Shown piece after piece: positions 1 through 7,509 of a stretch of DNA of 37,273 nt (positions within the stretch are counted from its first letter, which is position 1; every line of letters begins with the position of its first letter). The stretch comes from Eubacteriales bacterium (GTDB lineage: Bacteria > Bacillota > Clostridia > Oscillospirales > CAG-382). The stretch lies in the NCBI GenBank assembly GCA_045653405.1, contig JAZOLW010000077.1, positions 1 through 37,273 of the forward strand, given 5' to 3'. The notes under the pieces are model-generated. The model saw only the letters and a program-made list of their open reading frames with translations. It made no database searches and was not told the origin of the DNA. Made by a program: the position numbers and the translations under genes.

Positions 1-144
1 ATTGAAAAGGCAGGCGTTATCGGCACACCCGGAAACGCATTCGGTCCTGCGGGAGAAGGCTATGTGAGATTTGCACTTGTTCTTCCTGCGGAAAAGCTTG
101 CAGAAATTGCAGAAATTGTGGGCAACAGCGGAGTTATAGGGTAA
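1..144 (+). CDS. 3' end of a PLP-dependent class I/II aminotransferase (partial; N-terminus lies outside the window)
   Basis: The frame is open from the window edge and reads ...IEKAGVIGTPGNAFGPAGEGYVRFALVLPAEKLAEIAEIVGNSGVIG*. This is the typical C-terminal G-x-x-F-G...G-Y-[VI]-R-[FL] region of aspartate/LL-DAP-type aminotransferases. Stop TAA at 142-144. Confidence 0.6.
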   Translation: MEKAGVIGTPGNAFGPAGEGYVRFALVLPAEKLAEIAEIVGNSGVIG

Positions 145-249
145 CTCTGCTTCACATAAGAGTACTTAAACAATTCGCATCATTTTAGCGAACAATGTTT
201 CTTTGAGGAAAGTTTATTAATTTGTAATAACAAAATATAGTGACAAAAT

Positions 250-285
250 GAACAGGTCCGTTAAAAACGGACCTGTTCATTTTTA
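250..285. terminator. Bidirectional intrinsic terminator between the aminotransferase (+) and nagB (-)
   Basis: Perfect 11-bp stem GAACAGGTCCG / CGGACCTGTTC (250-260 / 268-278) with a 7-nt loop. It is followed by ATTTTT on the + strand and preceded by an A-run. Confidence 0.6.
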
Positions 286-305
286 CAACATTATCTTTAT
301 TTCTA

Positions 306-1013
306 TTAATCGCAGTATGCAACAACTACGTCGGGATGTACGTTGAGCAGTGTTGCAGGACACATTGTGTCAATCTTGCCGCTGAGAAGTTTGTTAAGTG
401 CATCAAGCTTCTTCTTGCCGTTGATTGCAATAACAATCTTTCTCGCCTTGAGAATTGTACCCATGCCCATTGTAAGAGCCTGCGTGGGCACATCATCAAC
501 GCTGTCAAAGAAACGTGAGTTTGCTTCTATTGTAGATTCGGTAAGACCTGTAAGATGTGTCTTTGATTCAAGCTTTTCATCGGGCTCGTTGAAAGCAATG
601 TGTCCGTTTTCGCCGATGCCGAGAAGCTGAATATCAATTCCGCCGTGTGTGTAAATGTGATTATCGTACTCTTCACATTCCTTTGCAGCATCCTTGGCTT
701 CTCCGTTGGGAATGTGTACTCTTTCAGGGTCTACGTTAATATGCTTGAAAAGATTTTCGTGCATAAAGTAATAGTAGCTCTGTGAGTTGTCGCGTGCTAT
801 GGGATAATACTCGTCAAGGTTGAAGGTTGTGCATTTTGAAAAATCAACCTTACCTACCTTGTACATCTCAATCAGTTTTTCATATGCACCAAGAGGAGTT
901 GAACCTGTTGCAAATCCGAGTACACTGTCAGGCTTGAGTAAAACCTGTGCAGCAAAAAGATTTGCTACAAATTCAGACATCTGCTCGTAATTTTCAAATT
1001 TTTGAATTCTCAT
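306..1013 (-). CDS. nagB: Glucosamine-6-phosphate deaminase
   Basis: The 235-aa ORF carries NagB hallmarks: LGFATGSTPLG, FNLDEY, LLGIGENGHIAFNEP. RBS AAAGGAGAG lies upstream of the ATG. Confidence 0.9.
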   Translation of the reverse strand: MRIQKFENYEQMSEFVANLFAAQVLLKPDSVLGFATGSTPLGAYEKLIEMYKVGKVDFSKCTTFNLDEYYPIARDNSQSYYYFMHENLFKHINVDPERVHIPNGEAKDAAKECEEYDNHIYTHGGIDIQLLGIGENGHIAFNEPDEKLESKTHLTGLTESTIEANSRFFDSVDDVPTQALTMGMGTILKARKIVIAINGKKKLDALNKLLSGKIDTMCPATLLNVHPDVVVAYCD

Positions 1014-1068
1014 AATAAATCTCTCCTTTACCCTGTTATACTAATAGGCTAGAGATAGTATATCACAA

Positions 1069-1254
1069 TTAATCAAATTTCGCAAGTGTTTTTTTAAGAT
1101 TTTCAAGTCCTCTGGGAATTGCCGTCCCGTCAAGGTCGATAAACTCTATGGCATCAAAGCCAATCTCTGCTGCTTTATCCACGCAGTCAATATAGGACAG
1201 CTTTCCCGCCTTGATATACTGAATAAACGAATACGAACTAACAGATAATTTCAT
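1069..1254 (-). pseudogene. Truncated N-terminal fragment of a sugar phosphate isomerase/epimerase (xylose isomerase-like TIM barrel)
   Basis: The first ~40 aa of this 61-aa ORF (MKLSVSSYSFIQYIKAGKLSYIDCVDKAAEIGFDAIEF) look like the first beta-alpha unit of this ~250-280-aa family. The ORF then ends. A GGGAG RBS is present, so a small product is still possible. Confidence 0.4.
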
Positions 1255-1300
1255 AGTAGCTCCCGCCTTGTCATTTATAATTTTATTTAGTTTTTAGCGA

Positions 1301-2128
1301 TTATATCCTTGAGGAAGCTACAAGCTCGGGCTGATTGCCTACTTCTCTTTCAATGGTAAGGAATCCCTTGAATCCGATTTCTTCAAGAGCCTTTAGATAG
1401 TTCGGGAAATCAACGCTTCCTGTTCCGAGAGGAACTTCTTCAAAATATGCAATACCCTGTGCTTCCGGAGGAACTGGATGTACAACACGGTAAATGTATT
1501 CGGGATTACCGTCTGCGAGCTTGTTTCCGTCCTTTGCGTGGGTGTGAACTATGTATTTGCTGAGTTTGTGTACAGCCGCAACGGGGTCATCGCCTGTGAC
1601 CATTCTGAGATTTGCAGGGTCGAGGTTAACTGCAACACCTGTAGAACCGAGAGAGTCAAGGAATCCTTTAAGTACATCTGCTGTTTCGGGGCCTGTTTCA
1701 ACCGCAAAGTGTGCACCTACGCTGTCAGCATACTGAGCAAGTTCATAGCAGGCTTCCTGCATAATCTTGTATCTGTCGTGATTGCTGTCCGCGGGAACAA
1801 CACCGATATGGGTTGTTACGATATCTGTGCCGAGATCCTTTGCAAGGTCAACAATTCTCTTAGACTTTTCAATAAGTCCGGGGTTGAGTTCGGGATTGCC
1901 AAATCCCATACCGAGGTCTCCGCAGAGTGCAGAGAAGACAAGACCTGCGTCGTTTACTTCCTTGAGAAGTTCCTTTCTTGCTGCAGCAGAAAGATTTTCG
2001 GGGCTGTTTTCGCCCTGTGTTGCATACATCTGTATGCCGTTTGCACCGATTTATGCAGCTTTTCTGATAGCAGTGCTTCTGTCAGTCAGAAAAGATTCGA
2101 GAATAACGCCAATAGGAAAATTATACAT
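1301..2128 (-). pseudogene. Sugar phosphate isomerase/epimerase (xylose isomerase-like TIM barrel) interrupted by an in-frame TAA
   Basis: ATG at 2128 has a strong RBS (AAGGAGGAG) and gives MYNFPIGVILESFLTDRSTAIRKAA. An in-frame TAA follows (2051-2053, codon 26), and the same frame continues as IGANGIQMYATQG... into the 242-aa ORF 1301..2029. The protein has family features (HIGVVP, VETGPE, HAKD, TIERE). Confidence 0.55.
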
Positions 2129-2274
2129 TTTAACGCTCCTCCTTGATAATCAAAAAAACATTGATTTATTTACACATTGTATATTATATTTTCAGCATAT
2201 TTTCAAGACGTTTACGGGACAAATTTTCTGAAATTCTGTCTTTTTTGAGCAGATGTATGTAAAACATAAATTTA

Positions 2275-2307
2275 AGGGTTGTGACAAAACAATTGTCACA
2301 ACCCTTT
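2275..2307 (-). terminator. Hairpin downstream of the GH99-like gene
   Basis: Perfect 14-bp stem AAGGGTTGTGACAA / TTGTCACAACCCTT with a 5-nt loop, 6 nt after the stop at 2313. The T-tract on the minus strand is weak. Confidence 0.45.
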
Positions 2308-2312
2308 TACAT

Positions 2313-3422
2313 TTACTTTGTGAAAACTTCCTTTATGGCTTCGAGGTAACCGTATCCGTAAAGGTCATCGGGCTGGAGATAGCTTGTTTCAGTCCATTCG
2401 TTCCAGCTGTTTACGGTAACAAGGGGTGCTTTGAGGTTCTTGTGGGAGTCAATGTATTCCTTTGCCATTTCAAAGCCCTTCTTTACGTTTTCGGGAGTGT
2501 TGTCCTGACATACGTTTCCTCTGAAGAAGTTGTATCTCGGATTTGCATCCCAGCCCACGGAAATGTGAGGATAGTAAGGCATCTTGAAGTTCTTGTCTAT
2601 GTAATCCCATTCCTTCTTTACATCTTCAAGAATTTCAGTATAAGGTCTGCCCATATTTGAAAATTGTACAAACTGATAGTGCGTAACACTGTCAAAGCCA
2701 AGCTGATGTACAACTTCAATGAAGTTGCCGTTGAACTTGGGATCAAGACCTGTGGTGTTCATAGCAGATTCGCTTCTTAAAGTAAGCTGAAGTTCAAGAC
2801 CGGGGAAGCCTGCCTTTACAGTTTCTTCTCTGAACCAGTCAAGAGCTTTTTTGGTTTCTTCAACTCCGCCAAGACCTTTCACAAGATTTTCAAGCTCATA
2901 AATCATATAAACGGGTTTTCCGTCTATCTTATAATAAGAAGGATGCTTGAAATATTCAATTGTTCTGTGTGCAACTGTTTCAAATGTCTTTCTGTCAACA
3001 GCGCCGTTCCAGATAGGATAGTTCATTTCTGCAGTTCTCTTATCCCAGATGGATGTTGCAGTGTGGTTTGCCCACATAAGATAGAACTTAACCTTATCGT
3101 TGTTTCTTGCCTTGAGGTATCCGTCGTTGAGACACTGTTCAAGGAAAGGACGGTTATCGTACCAGTACCAGTCATATATAAACACATTTACGCCGTGAGC
3201 TGCTGCCGCCTCAATCTGCATTTCCATTACATAGGGATCAGCCTCATTAACGTATCCCCACACAGGCTTTCTGGGCCACTTATGTCCCTGAACCATACCC
3301 TTCATTGCCTTTACTGTCTGCCATTCGCCGGAGCCTTCGGGCCAGAATATCTTTGTTCTGGGTTCGTTTCCTGTGTATGCCGGCCATATAAACGCCGCAA
3401 CATCGTACTTCTGATTTGCCAT
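2313..3422 (-). CDS. Glycoside hydrolase family 99-like / WbsX-family protein (cytoplasmic; no signal peptide)
   Basis: The 369-aa ORF follows the family pattern: AAFIWPAYTG..FWPEGSGEWQTV, GHKWPRKPVWGY, GVNVFIYDWYWY, YLMWANH. RBS AAGGAG lies 10 nt upstream of the ATG. Confidence 0.6.
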   Translation of the reverse strand: MANQKYDVAAFIWPAYTGNEPRTKIFWPEGSGEWQTVKAMKGMVQGHKWPRKPVWGYVNEADPYVMEMQIEAAAAHGVNVFIYDWYWYDNRPFLEQCLNDGYLKARNNDKVKFYLMWANHTATSIWDKRTAEMNYPIWNGAVDRKTFETVAHRTIEYFKHPSYYKIDGKPVYMIYELENLVKGLGGVEETKKALDWFREETVKAGFPGLELQLTLRSESAMNTTGLDPKFNGNFIEVVHQLGFDSVTHYQFVQFSNMGRPYTEILEDVKKEWDYIDKNFKMPYYPHISVGWDANPRYNFFRGNVCQDNTPENVKKGFEMAKEYIDSHKNLKAPLVTVNSWNEWTETSYLQPDDLYGYGYLEAIKEVFTK

Positions 3423-3507
3423 AATTTATGCACTCCTTTTTTGCGTGAATTACGCTTTAATTATAACTGTTATCTGTTCTCACGTCAAATACTTTTTGTC
3501 AGCATAA

Positions 3508-3535
3508 CAAAAAACCCCCACACTGCTGTGTGAGG
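3508..3535 (-). terminator. Intrinsic terminator of the infC-rpmI-rplT operon
   Basis: On the minus strand: CCTCACAC-AGCA-GTGTGGGGG followed by TTTTTTG, about 20 nt after the rplT stop. Confidence 0.6.
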
Positions 3536-3553
3536 ATTCTTTATACATTGAAA

Positions 3554-3907
3554 TTAGAGAGCTGCCTTAGCCTGTTCAACAAGCTTTGCAAATGCAGCCT
3601 TATCAGCAACTGCGATTTCAGCAAGCATCTTTCTGTTGAGTGTAACGCCGGCCTTCTTGAGTCCGTTCATGAACTGAGAATAGTTGATGCCGTTTACCTT
3701 AGCTTCTGCAGAGATTCTGGTAATCCAGAGTCTTCTGAAATCTCTCTTCTTGAGCTTTCTGCCGATGAATGCGTAGTTACCGCTCTTCATTACTGCCTGC
3801 TTCGCCATCTTGAAGTGCTTGCTCTTTGCACCCCAATAACCCTTTGCAGCCTTTAATACCTTATTGCGTCTCTTTCTTGTCATAAGAGCGCCCTTAACTC
3901 TTGCCAT
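3554..3907 (-). CDS. rplT: 50S ribosomal protein L20
   Basis: 117 aa, [30 protein letters not shown]..., canonical L20 sequence. Confidence 0.95.
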   Translation of the reverse strand: MARVKGALMTRKRRNKVLKAAKGYWGAKSKHFKMAKQAVMKSGNYAFIGRKLKKRDFRRLWITRISAEAKVNGINYSQFMNGLKKAGVTLNRKMLAEIAVADKAAFAKLVEQAKAAL

Positions 3908-3965
3908 TTATGTCACTTTCCTTTCGATTCTTAAGTTTTGATGTTTTTCTCTTTACGCTGTAAGC

Positions 3966-4163
3966 TTATGCGTAAGGGATGAGCTTCTTGATTGTAGGTA
4001 CAAAGCTCTCGCTGAGCATTGCGCCGCCTCTGAGCTGTCTCTTTCTCTTAGGTGTCTTAAGACCGAGCTTATGACGTCTGTTTGACTGATTGTACTTTAC
4101 CTTACCGCCCTTTGTAACGCTGAAACGCTTTGCGGTAGCCTTGTGTGACTTCTGTTTTCCCAC
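3966..4163 (-). CDS. rpmI: 50S ribosomal protein L35
   Basis: (V)GKQKSHKATAKRFSVTKGGKVK...KRKRQLR is canonical L35. The GTG at 4163 is preferred because GAAAGGA lies 9 nt upstream. The ORF track extends to 4181, and the ATG at 4172 is too close to the RBS. Confidence 0.9.
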   Translation of the reverse strand: MGKQKSHKATAKRFSVTKGGKVKYNQSNRRHKLGLKTPKRKRQLRGGAMLSESFVPTIKKLIPYA

Positions 4164-4215
4164 TGTGAACATTCCTTTCAATTTTAAATTTAGGATAACC
4201 CTTGCTTTTTAAAGA

Positions 4216-4800
4216 CTATTTTTCGGTGTTTTCTGCGGGCTCTGCAGGCTTGGGAGCCTTCTTTTTTGAGCCGTTCTGAGGTGCATTCTGCTTGGAGTTG
4301 ATAAACATTATCATCTGTCTGCCGTCAAGTACAGGCATCTTTTCGATTACGCCTATGTCTAAACAAGCCTCACCGAACTTGGTTATAATTTCCTGTCCGA
4401 TTGCTGTGTGGCTCATTTCTCTGCCCTTGAACTTAACGCACACCTTTACCTTGTCGCCGTTATCAAGAAAACGTCTTGCGTGCTTGAGCTTGGTTTCAAA
4501 GTCATGTGTGTCGATTCGGCAAGACAACTGAATTTCCTTGATATCAATCGTCTGCTGCTTCTTTCTCTGTTCCTTTTCCTTCTTCTCTCTTTCAAAGCGG
4601 AACTTTCCGTAGTCCATAACTCTGCAAACGGGAGGTTCGGAATTGGGAGAAATCTCAACCAAGTCGAGATCTTTGCCGTATGCTATGTTCAGTGCTTCCT
4701 TTACGGGAAGAATACCGAGCTGAGCACCGTCGCTGTCGATTACTCTGACTTCCTTTGCCTTGATCTGTTCGTTGATCATTACCTCATTTTTAGCGCTTAT
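4216..4800 (-). CDS. infC: Translation initiation factor IF-3, with a probable non-canonical ATA start
   Basis: IF-3 core: INEQIKAKEVRVIDSDGAQLG...DLDLVEISPNSEPPVCRVMDYGKFRFE. An in-frame ATA at 4798-4800 sits 6 nt after GGAGGTG. The annotated upstream ATG (4875) lies inside the attenuator hairpin, and the next ATG is at 4779. Confidence 0.85.
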   Translation of the reverse strand: MSAKNEVMINEQIKAKEVRVIDSDGAQLGILPVKEALNIAYGKDLDLVEISPNSEPPVCRVMDYGKFRFEREKKEKEQRKKQQTIDIKEIQLSCRIDTHDFETKLKHARRFLDNGDKVKVCVKFKGREMSHTAIGQEIITKFGEACLDIGVIEKMPVLDGRQMIMFINSKQNAPQNGSKKKAPKPAEPAENTEK

Positions 4801-4811
4801 AAATAACACCT

Positions 4812-4972
4812 CCAAAAGATTGTCTTGCGCTTTCCCTTGCGGGAAATAAAAAAGCGAAGGACAAAACCTTCGCAAAGCAATACAAACCGATAAATACAGA
4901 AAAAATCCTCTGTAAAAATCCGATTATTAACCTTGCGCCGTAAGCGCTGGGTGAGATTGCTCTGCTTCTTTG
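4812..4972 (-). promoter_or_regulatory. Candidate L20 ribosomal-protein leader (transcription attenuation leader of infC-rpmI-rplT)
   Basis: A ~160-nt untranslated leader lies between a sigma-A-like promoter and the infC RBS. It has a long-range helix GCAGAGCAAT...ATTGCTTTGC whose 3' strand abuts the terminator hairpin. This arrangement matches the L20-controlled leader of Firmicutes infC operons. Confidence 0.5.
4845..4873 (-). terminator. Attenuator terminator inside the infC leader
   Basis: Minus strand GCGAAGG-TTTTGT-CCTTCGC followed by TTTTTTATTT, about 45 nt upstream of the infC start. Confidence 0.6.
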
Positions 4973-4980
4973 TCCGTATT

Positions 4981-5009
4981 ATAATAGCACAAACAAAACT
5001 GTTTGTCAA
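4981..5009 (-). promoter_or_regulatory. Sigma-A-type promoter of the infC operon
   Basis: Minus strand TTGACA (5009-5004), 17-nt spacer, TATTAT (4986-4981), with TGc immediately upstream of the -10. Confidence 0.55.
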
Positions 5010-5040
5010 TAGTTTTTTTATATTTTTTCAAAAAGGTGCA

Positions 5041-5064
5041 AAAGAGAGGATTTTCCCTCTCTTT
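5041..5064 (-). terminator. Terminator after the HAD hydrolase gene
   Basis: Stem AAAGAGAGG / CCTCTCTTT around a short loop, 3 nt after the stop at 5067. A T-rich run follows on the minus strand. Confidence 0.5.
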
Positions 5065-5066
5065 TA

Positions 5067-5882
5067 CTAAAATTTATAAACACCGTTTTCGATATCTTCA
5101 ATAATTTTTGCTATAGCGTGTTCTTCATTACTTACCGTAACAAAATCCGCCGCTTTTTCTGCTTTTTCCGAAGCATTTGAAACTGCGATACCAATACCTG
5201 CAGCCTCAAGCATTGAAACGTCGTTGTCATTGTCACCAACGGCTATCGTTTTTGACTTATCTACGCCTACCATTTCGGCAATTCTCAGAAGAACATCCCC
5301 TTTGCTTGCACCTTTTGGCAGAATTTCAAAGTAAATCTTATCCGACCTTATAAAATCAAAAAGATGAGCTTTGGGGTGGGAACATACCGCATCCATAAAG
5401 TCTTCCATCAGATCTTCCCTCACGCCGAACAGCACTTTGCATACCGGTTCAGAAAAAGTTCTGTAGTCGCAAATCAAATCCGGTAGTTTTTCATCCCTCA
5501 TATGCTTGAGGACTTCGTTGCTCTTTTTATAAAAATATATCTTGTCCGTTGCAAGCTCAATTCCTGCATAGGGGTGTTCTTTTTCCACATATTCAAGTAT
5601 CTCGCGAAACTCGTCGGCAAGCGTAAGTGACCAAAGATACTTTCCACTTTTGGCATCTGCGATTCCTGCCCCGTTCATGCATCCATACGGTGCATTGGGC
5701 ATTACCATTTCAAGCACCGGGATTGCTCCCACAGGAAGTCTTCCCGTAAAGAACGTAAAAATTCCGCCCTCGCTCTTGAAGTATTCTATAGCTTTTTTGT
5801 TTTCCTCCGACAGTGACTTATCGTGGCGAAGCAGGGTCCCGTCAAGGTCGCTTCCCAGAAGTATGCCGTCAAATTTTCCCAT
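5067..5882 (-). CDS. Cof-type HAD-IIB family hydrolase (sugar-phosphate phosphatase-like)
   Basis: 271 aa. Motif I is LLGSDLDGTLL and motif IV is AVGDNDNDVSMLEAAG, which is the Cof/YidA pattern. Confidence 0.85.
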   Translation of the reverse strand: MGKFDGILLGSDLDGTLLRHDKSLSEENKKAIEYFKSEGGIFTFFTGRLPVGAIPVLEMVMPNAPYGCMNGAGIADAKSGKYLWSLTLADEFREILEYVEKEHPYAGIELATDKIYFYKKSNEVLKHMRDEKLPDLICDYRTFSEPVCKVLFGVREDLMEDFMDAVCSHPKAHLFDFIRSDKIYFEILPKGASKGDVLLRIAEMVGVDKSKTIAVGDNDNDVSMLEAAGIGIAVSNASEKAEKAADFVTVSNEEHAIAKIIEDIENGVYKF

Positions 5883-5900
5883 TATTTCTGTTCTCCGCGG

Positions 5901-6482
5901 TTATTCATTTTCGGCAAACTCGATGTTACCCTCGTCATCCATAGACTTCACAATAGCAAGGCTCTTTACGTTTACACCCATTGCTCTTAACTGTGCCCCG
6001 CCCTTCTGGAAGCCCTTTTCAATAACAATGCCCACGCCGCTGACCTTGGCTCCCGCTTTTTCTACAATGTCCATAAGACCCAGAGCCGCCTTGCCATTAG
6101 CAAGGAAGTCATCAATAATCAGCACATTTTCTCCTTCGTGAAGGAACTTCACAGACACTGTAATGTCATAAGTTTTTCCGTATGTAAAAGACTGAACCGA
6201 GCTTGTATAAACATCTCCGATTATGTTCTTTGACTTTGCTTTCTTTGCAAACACAACGGGAACGCCGAAATACTGTGCCGCAATACAGGCAATGCCTATG
6301 CCCGACGCTTCAATAGTAAGAATTCTGTCAACCTTTACATCTGCAAAAAGTTTTTTGAACTCCTTGCCTATTTCATTATATAATTCAATATCAATCTGAT
6401 GATTGAGAAAGCTGTCAACCTTAAGTACACCGCCGGGTGCAACAATTCCGTCCTTCAATATTCTTTCTTCAAGAAGTTTCAT
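5901..6482 (-). CDS. xpt: Xanthine phosphoribosyltransferase
   Basis: 193 aa, [31 protein letters not shown]... plus the PRPP loop [14 protein letters not shown], typical of Gram-positive Xpt. Confidence 0.9.
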   Translation of the reverse strand: MKLLEERILKDGIVAPGGVLKVDSFLNHQIDIELYNEIGKEFKKLFADVKVDRILTIEASGIGIACIAAQYFGVPVVFAKKAKSKNIIGDVYTSSVQSFTYGKTYDITVSVKFLHEGENVLIIDDFLANGKAALGLMDIVEKAGAKVSGVGIVIEKGFQKGGAQLRAMGVNVKSLAIVKSMDDEGNIEFAENE

Positions 6483-6518
6483 ATATATCCCTCGCTGAAT
6501 ATGGATTTGATTTCCTTA

Positions 6519-6547
6519 ATTATACTACCGACATTCCGAAAATGCAA
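6519..6547 (-). promoter_or_regulatory. Putative promoter of xpt
   Basis: Minus strand TTGCAT (6547-6542), 17 nt, TATAAT (6524-6519), in the 69-nt gap after rsmA. Confidence 0.5.
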
Positions 6548-6551
6548 CTGT

Positions 6552-7424
6552 TTATTTGCTTATTCCCAATTTTTCGGCAAGCATTACAAACTGTTCGGCG
6601 CTGAGTGTTTCGCCTCTTACATTTGCATTGCCGTCAAATGCTTCCGCAACAAGCTCCGAAAGAGCCGCCTTATCAAGTTCGGAAATGGCACAAAGTCCGT
6701 TGACAAGAGTTTTTCTTCTCACTGCAAATGCCGCCTTTATAACCTTTGATGCCGCCGATATCTGTTCTGCCGTAAACTTTGCAGGCTTATGCAGTGCAAT
6801 TCTCACCACCGCACTGTCAACCTTGGGTCTCGGATAGAAGCATCCTGACGGAACGGTGAAAAGTCTTTTCACTGTGCCGTAAAGATTGAGTGCCGCAGTA
6901 ATGCTTCCGTACTCCGCATTTCCGGGAGCGGCTGTCAGTCTTGTGGCAACCTCTTTCTGAACCATAACCGTGATATACTCAAAGTCGCCGTACTGTTCAA
7001 CAAGCTTCATAAGAATGGGCGTTGTTATATAATACGGAAGATTTGCACACACGAGAACGGGAAGTCTTGTACCGTCGGAAAGAGTTCTTCTGGGTTCAAG
7101 AAGTGATACAAGGTCTGTTTCCATAACGTCGCCGAAAACTACCTCTGCATTGTCATATCCTGCAAGTGTTTCTTTCAGTACAGGCTCAAGGGATGTATCA
7201 ATTTCCACAGCAGTAACCCTTTGGAAAATCTCCGCAAGTTCCTTTGTGAGTATTCCGGCACCCGGACCTATCTCCAGCACAAGTGCGGGAATTTTACCCT
7301 GCTCCGGCTTTTCATACTCGGAACATTCCGCCGCAATTCTTCTGGGAATTTTTACGTCCTGAAGAAAATTCTGACCGTATTTCTTTTGAAAACTGAACCC
7401 GTGCTTGTTTAAAATTTCGGACAT
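6552..7424 (-). CDS. rsmA: 16S rRNA (adenine1518/1519-N6)-dimethyltransferase
   Basis: 290 aa with KKYGQNFL, EIGPGAGILT and ANLPYYITTPI motifs, as in KsgA/RsmA. Confidence 0.92.
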   Translation of the reverse strand: MSEILNKHGFSFQKKYGQNFLQDVKIPRRIAAECSEYEKPEQGKIPALVLEIGPGAGILTKELAEIFQRVTAVEIDTSLEPVLKETLAGYDNAEVVFGDVMETDLVSLLEPRRTLSDGTRLPVLVCANLPYYITTPILMKLVEQYGDFEYITVMVQKEVATRLTAAPGNAEYGSITAALNLYGTVKRLFTVPSGCFYPRPKVDSAVVRIALHKPAKFTAEQISAASKVIKAAFAVRRKTLVNGLCAISELDKAALSELVAEAFDGNANVRGETLSAEQFVMLAEKLGISK

Positions 7425-7509
7425 AGCCTTCTCCTTGTGTCATATATCATAATACAAAATCGGGGTTACAGCAAAGTTGCCGCAACCCCCCGATATTTTT
7501 TCAAAAATA

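Noticed and set aside
4797-5009. 70-aa ORF upstream of infC, and the annotated ATG (4875) extension of infC
   Set aside because: Both lie in the structured leader and attenuator with no RBS. The ATG at 4875 is immediately adjacent to the attenuator stem (4854-4873). IF-3 homology starts only near the ATA at 4800.
6483-6551. Expected purine (guanine) riboswitch upstream of xpt
   Set aside because: Only 69 nt separate rsmA and xpt. That gap holds a promoter-like TTGCAT-17-TATAAT and an RBS, and it has none of the conserved purine-riboswitch junction sequences. A riboswitch does not fit.
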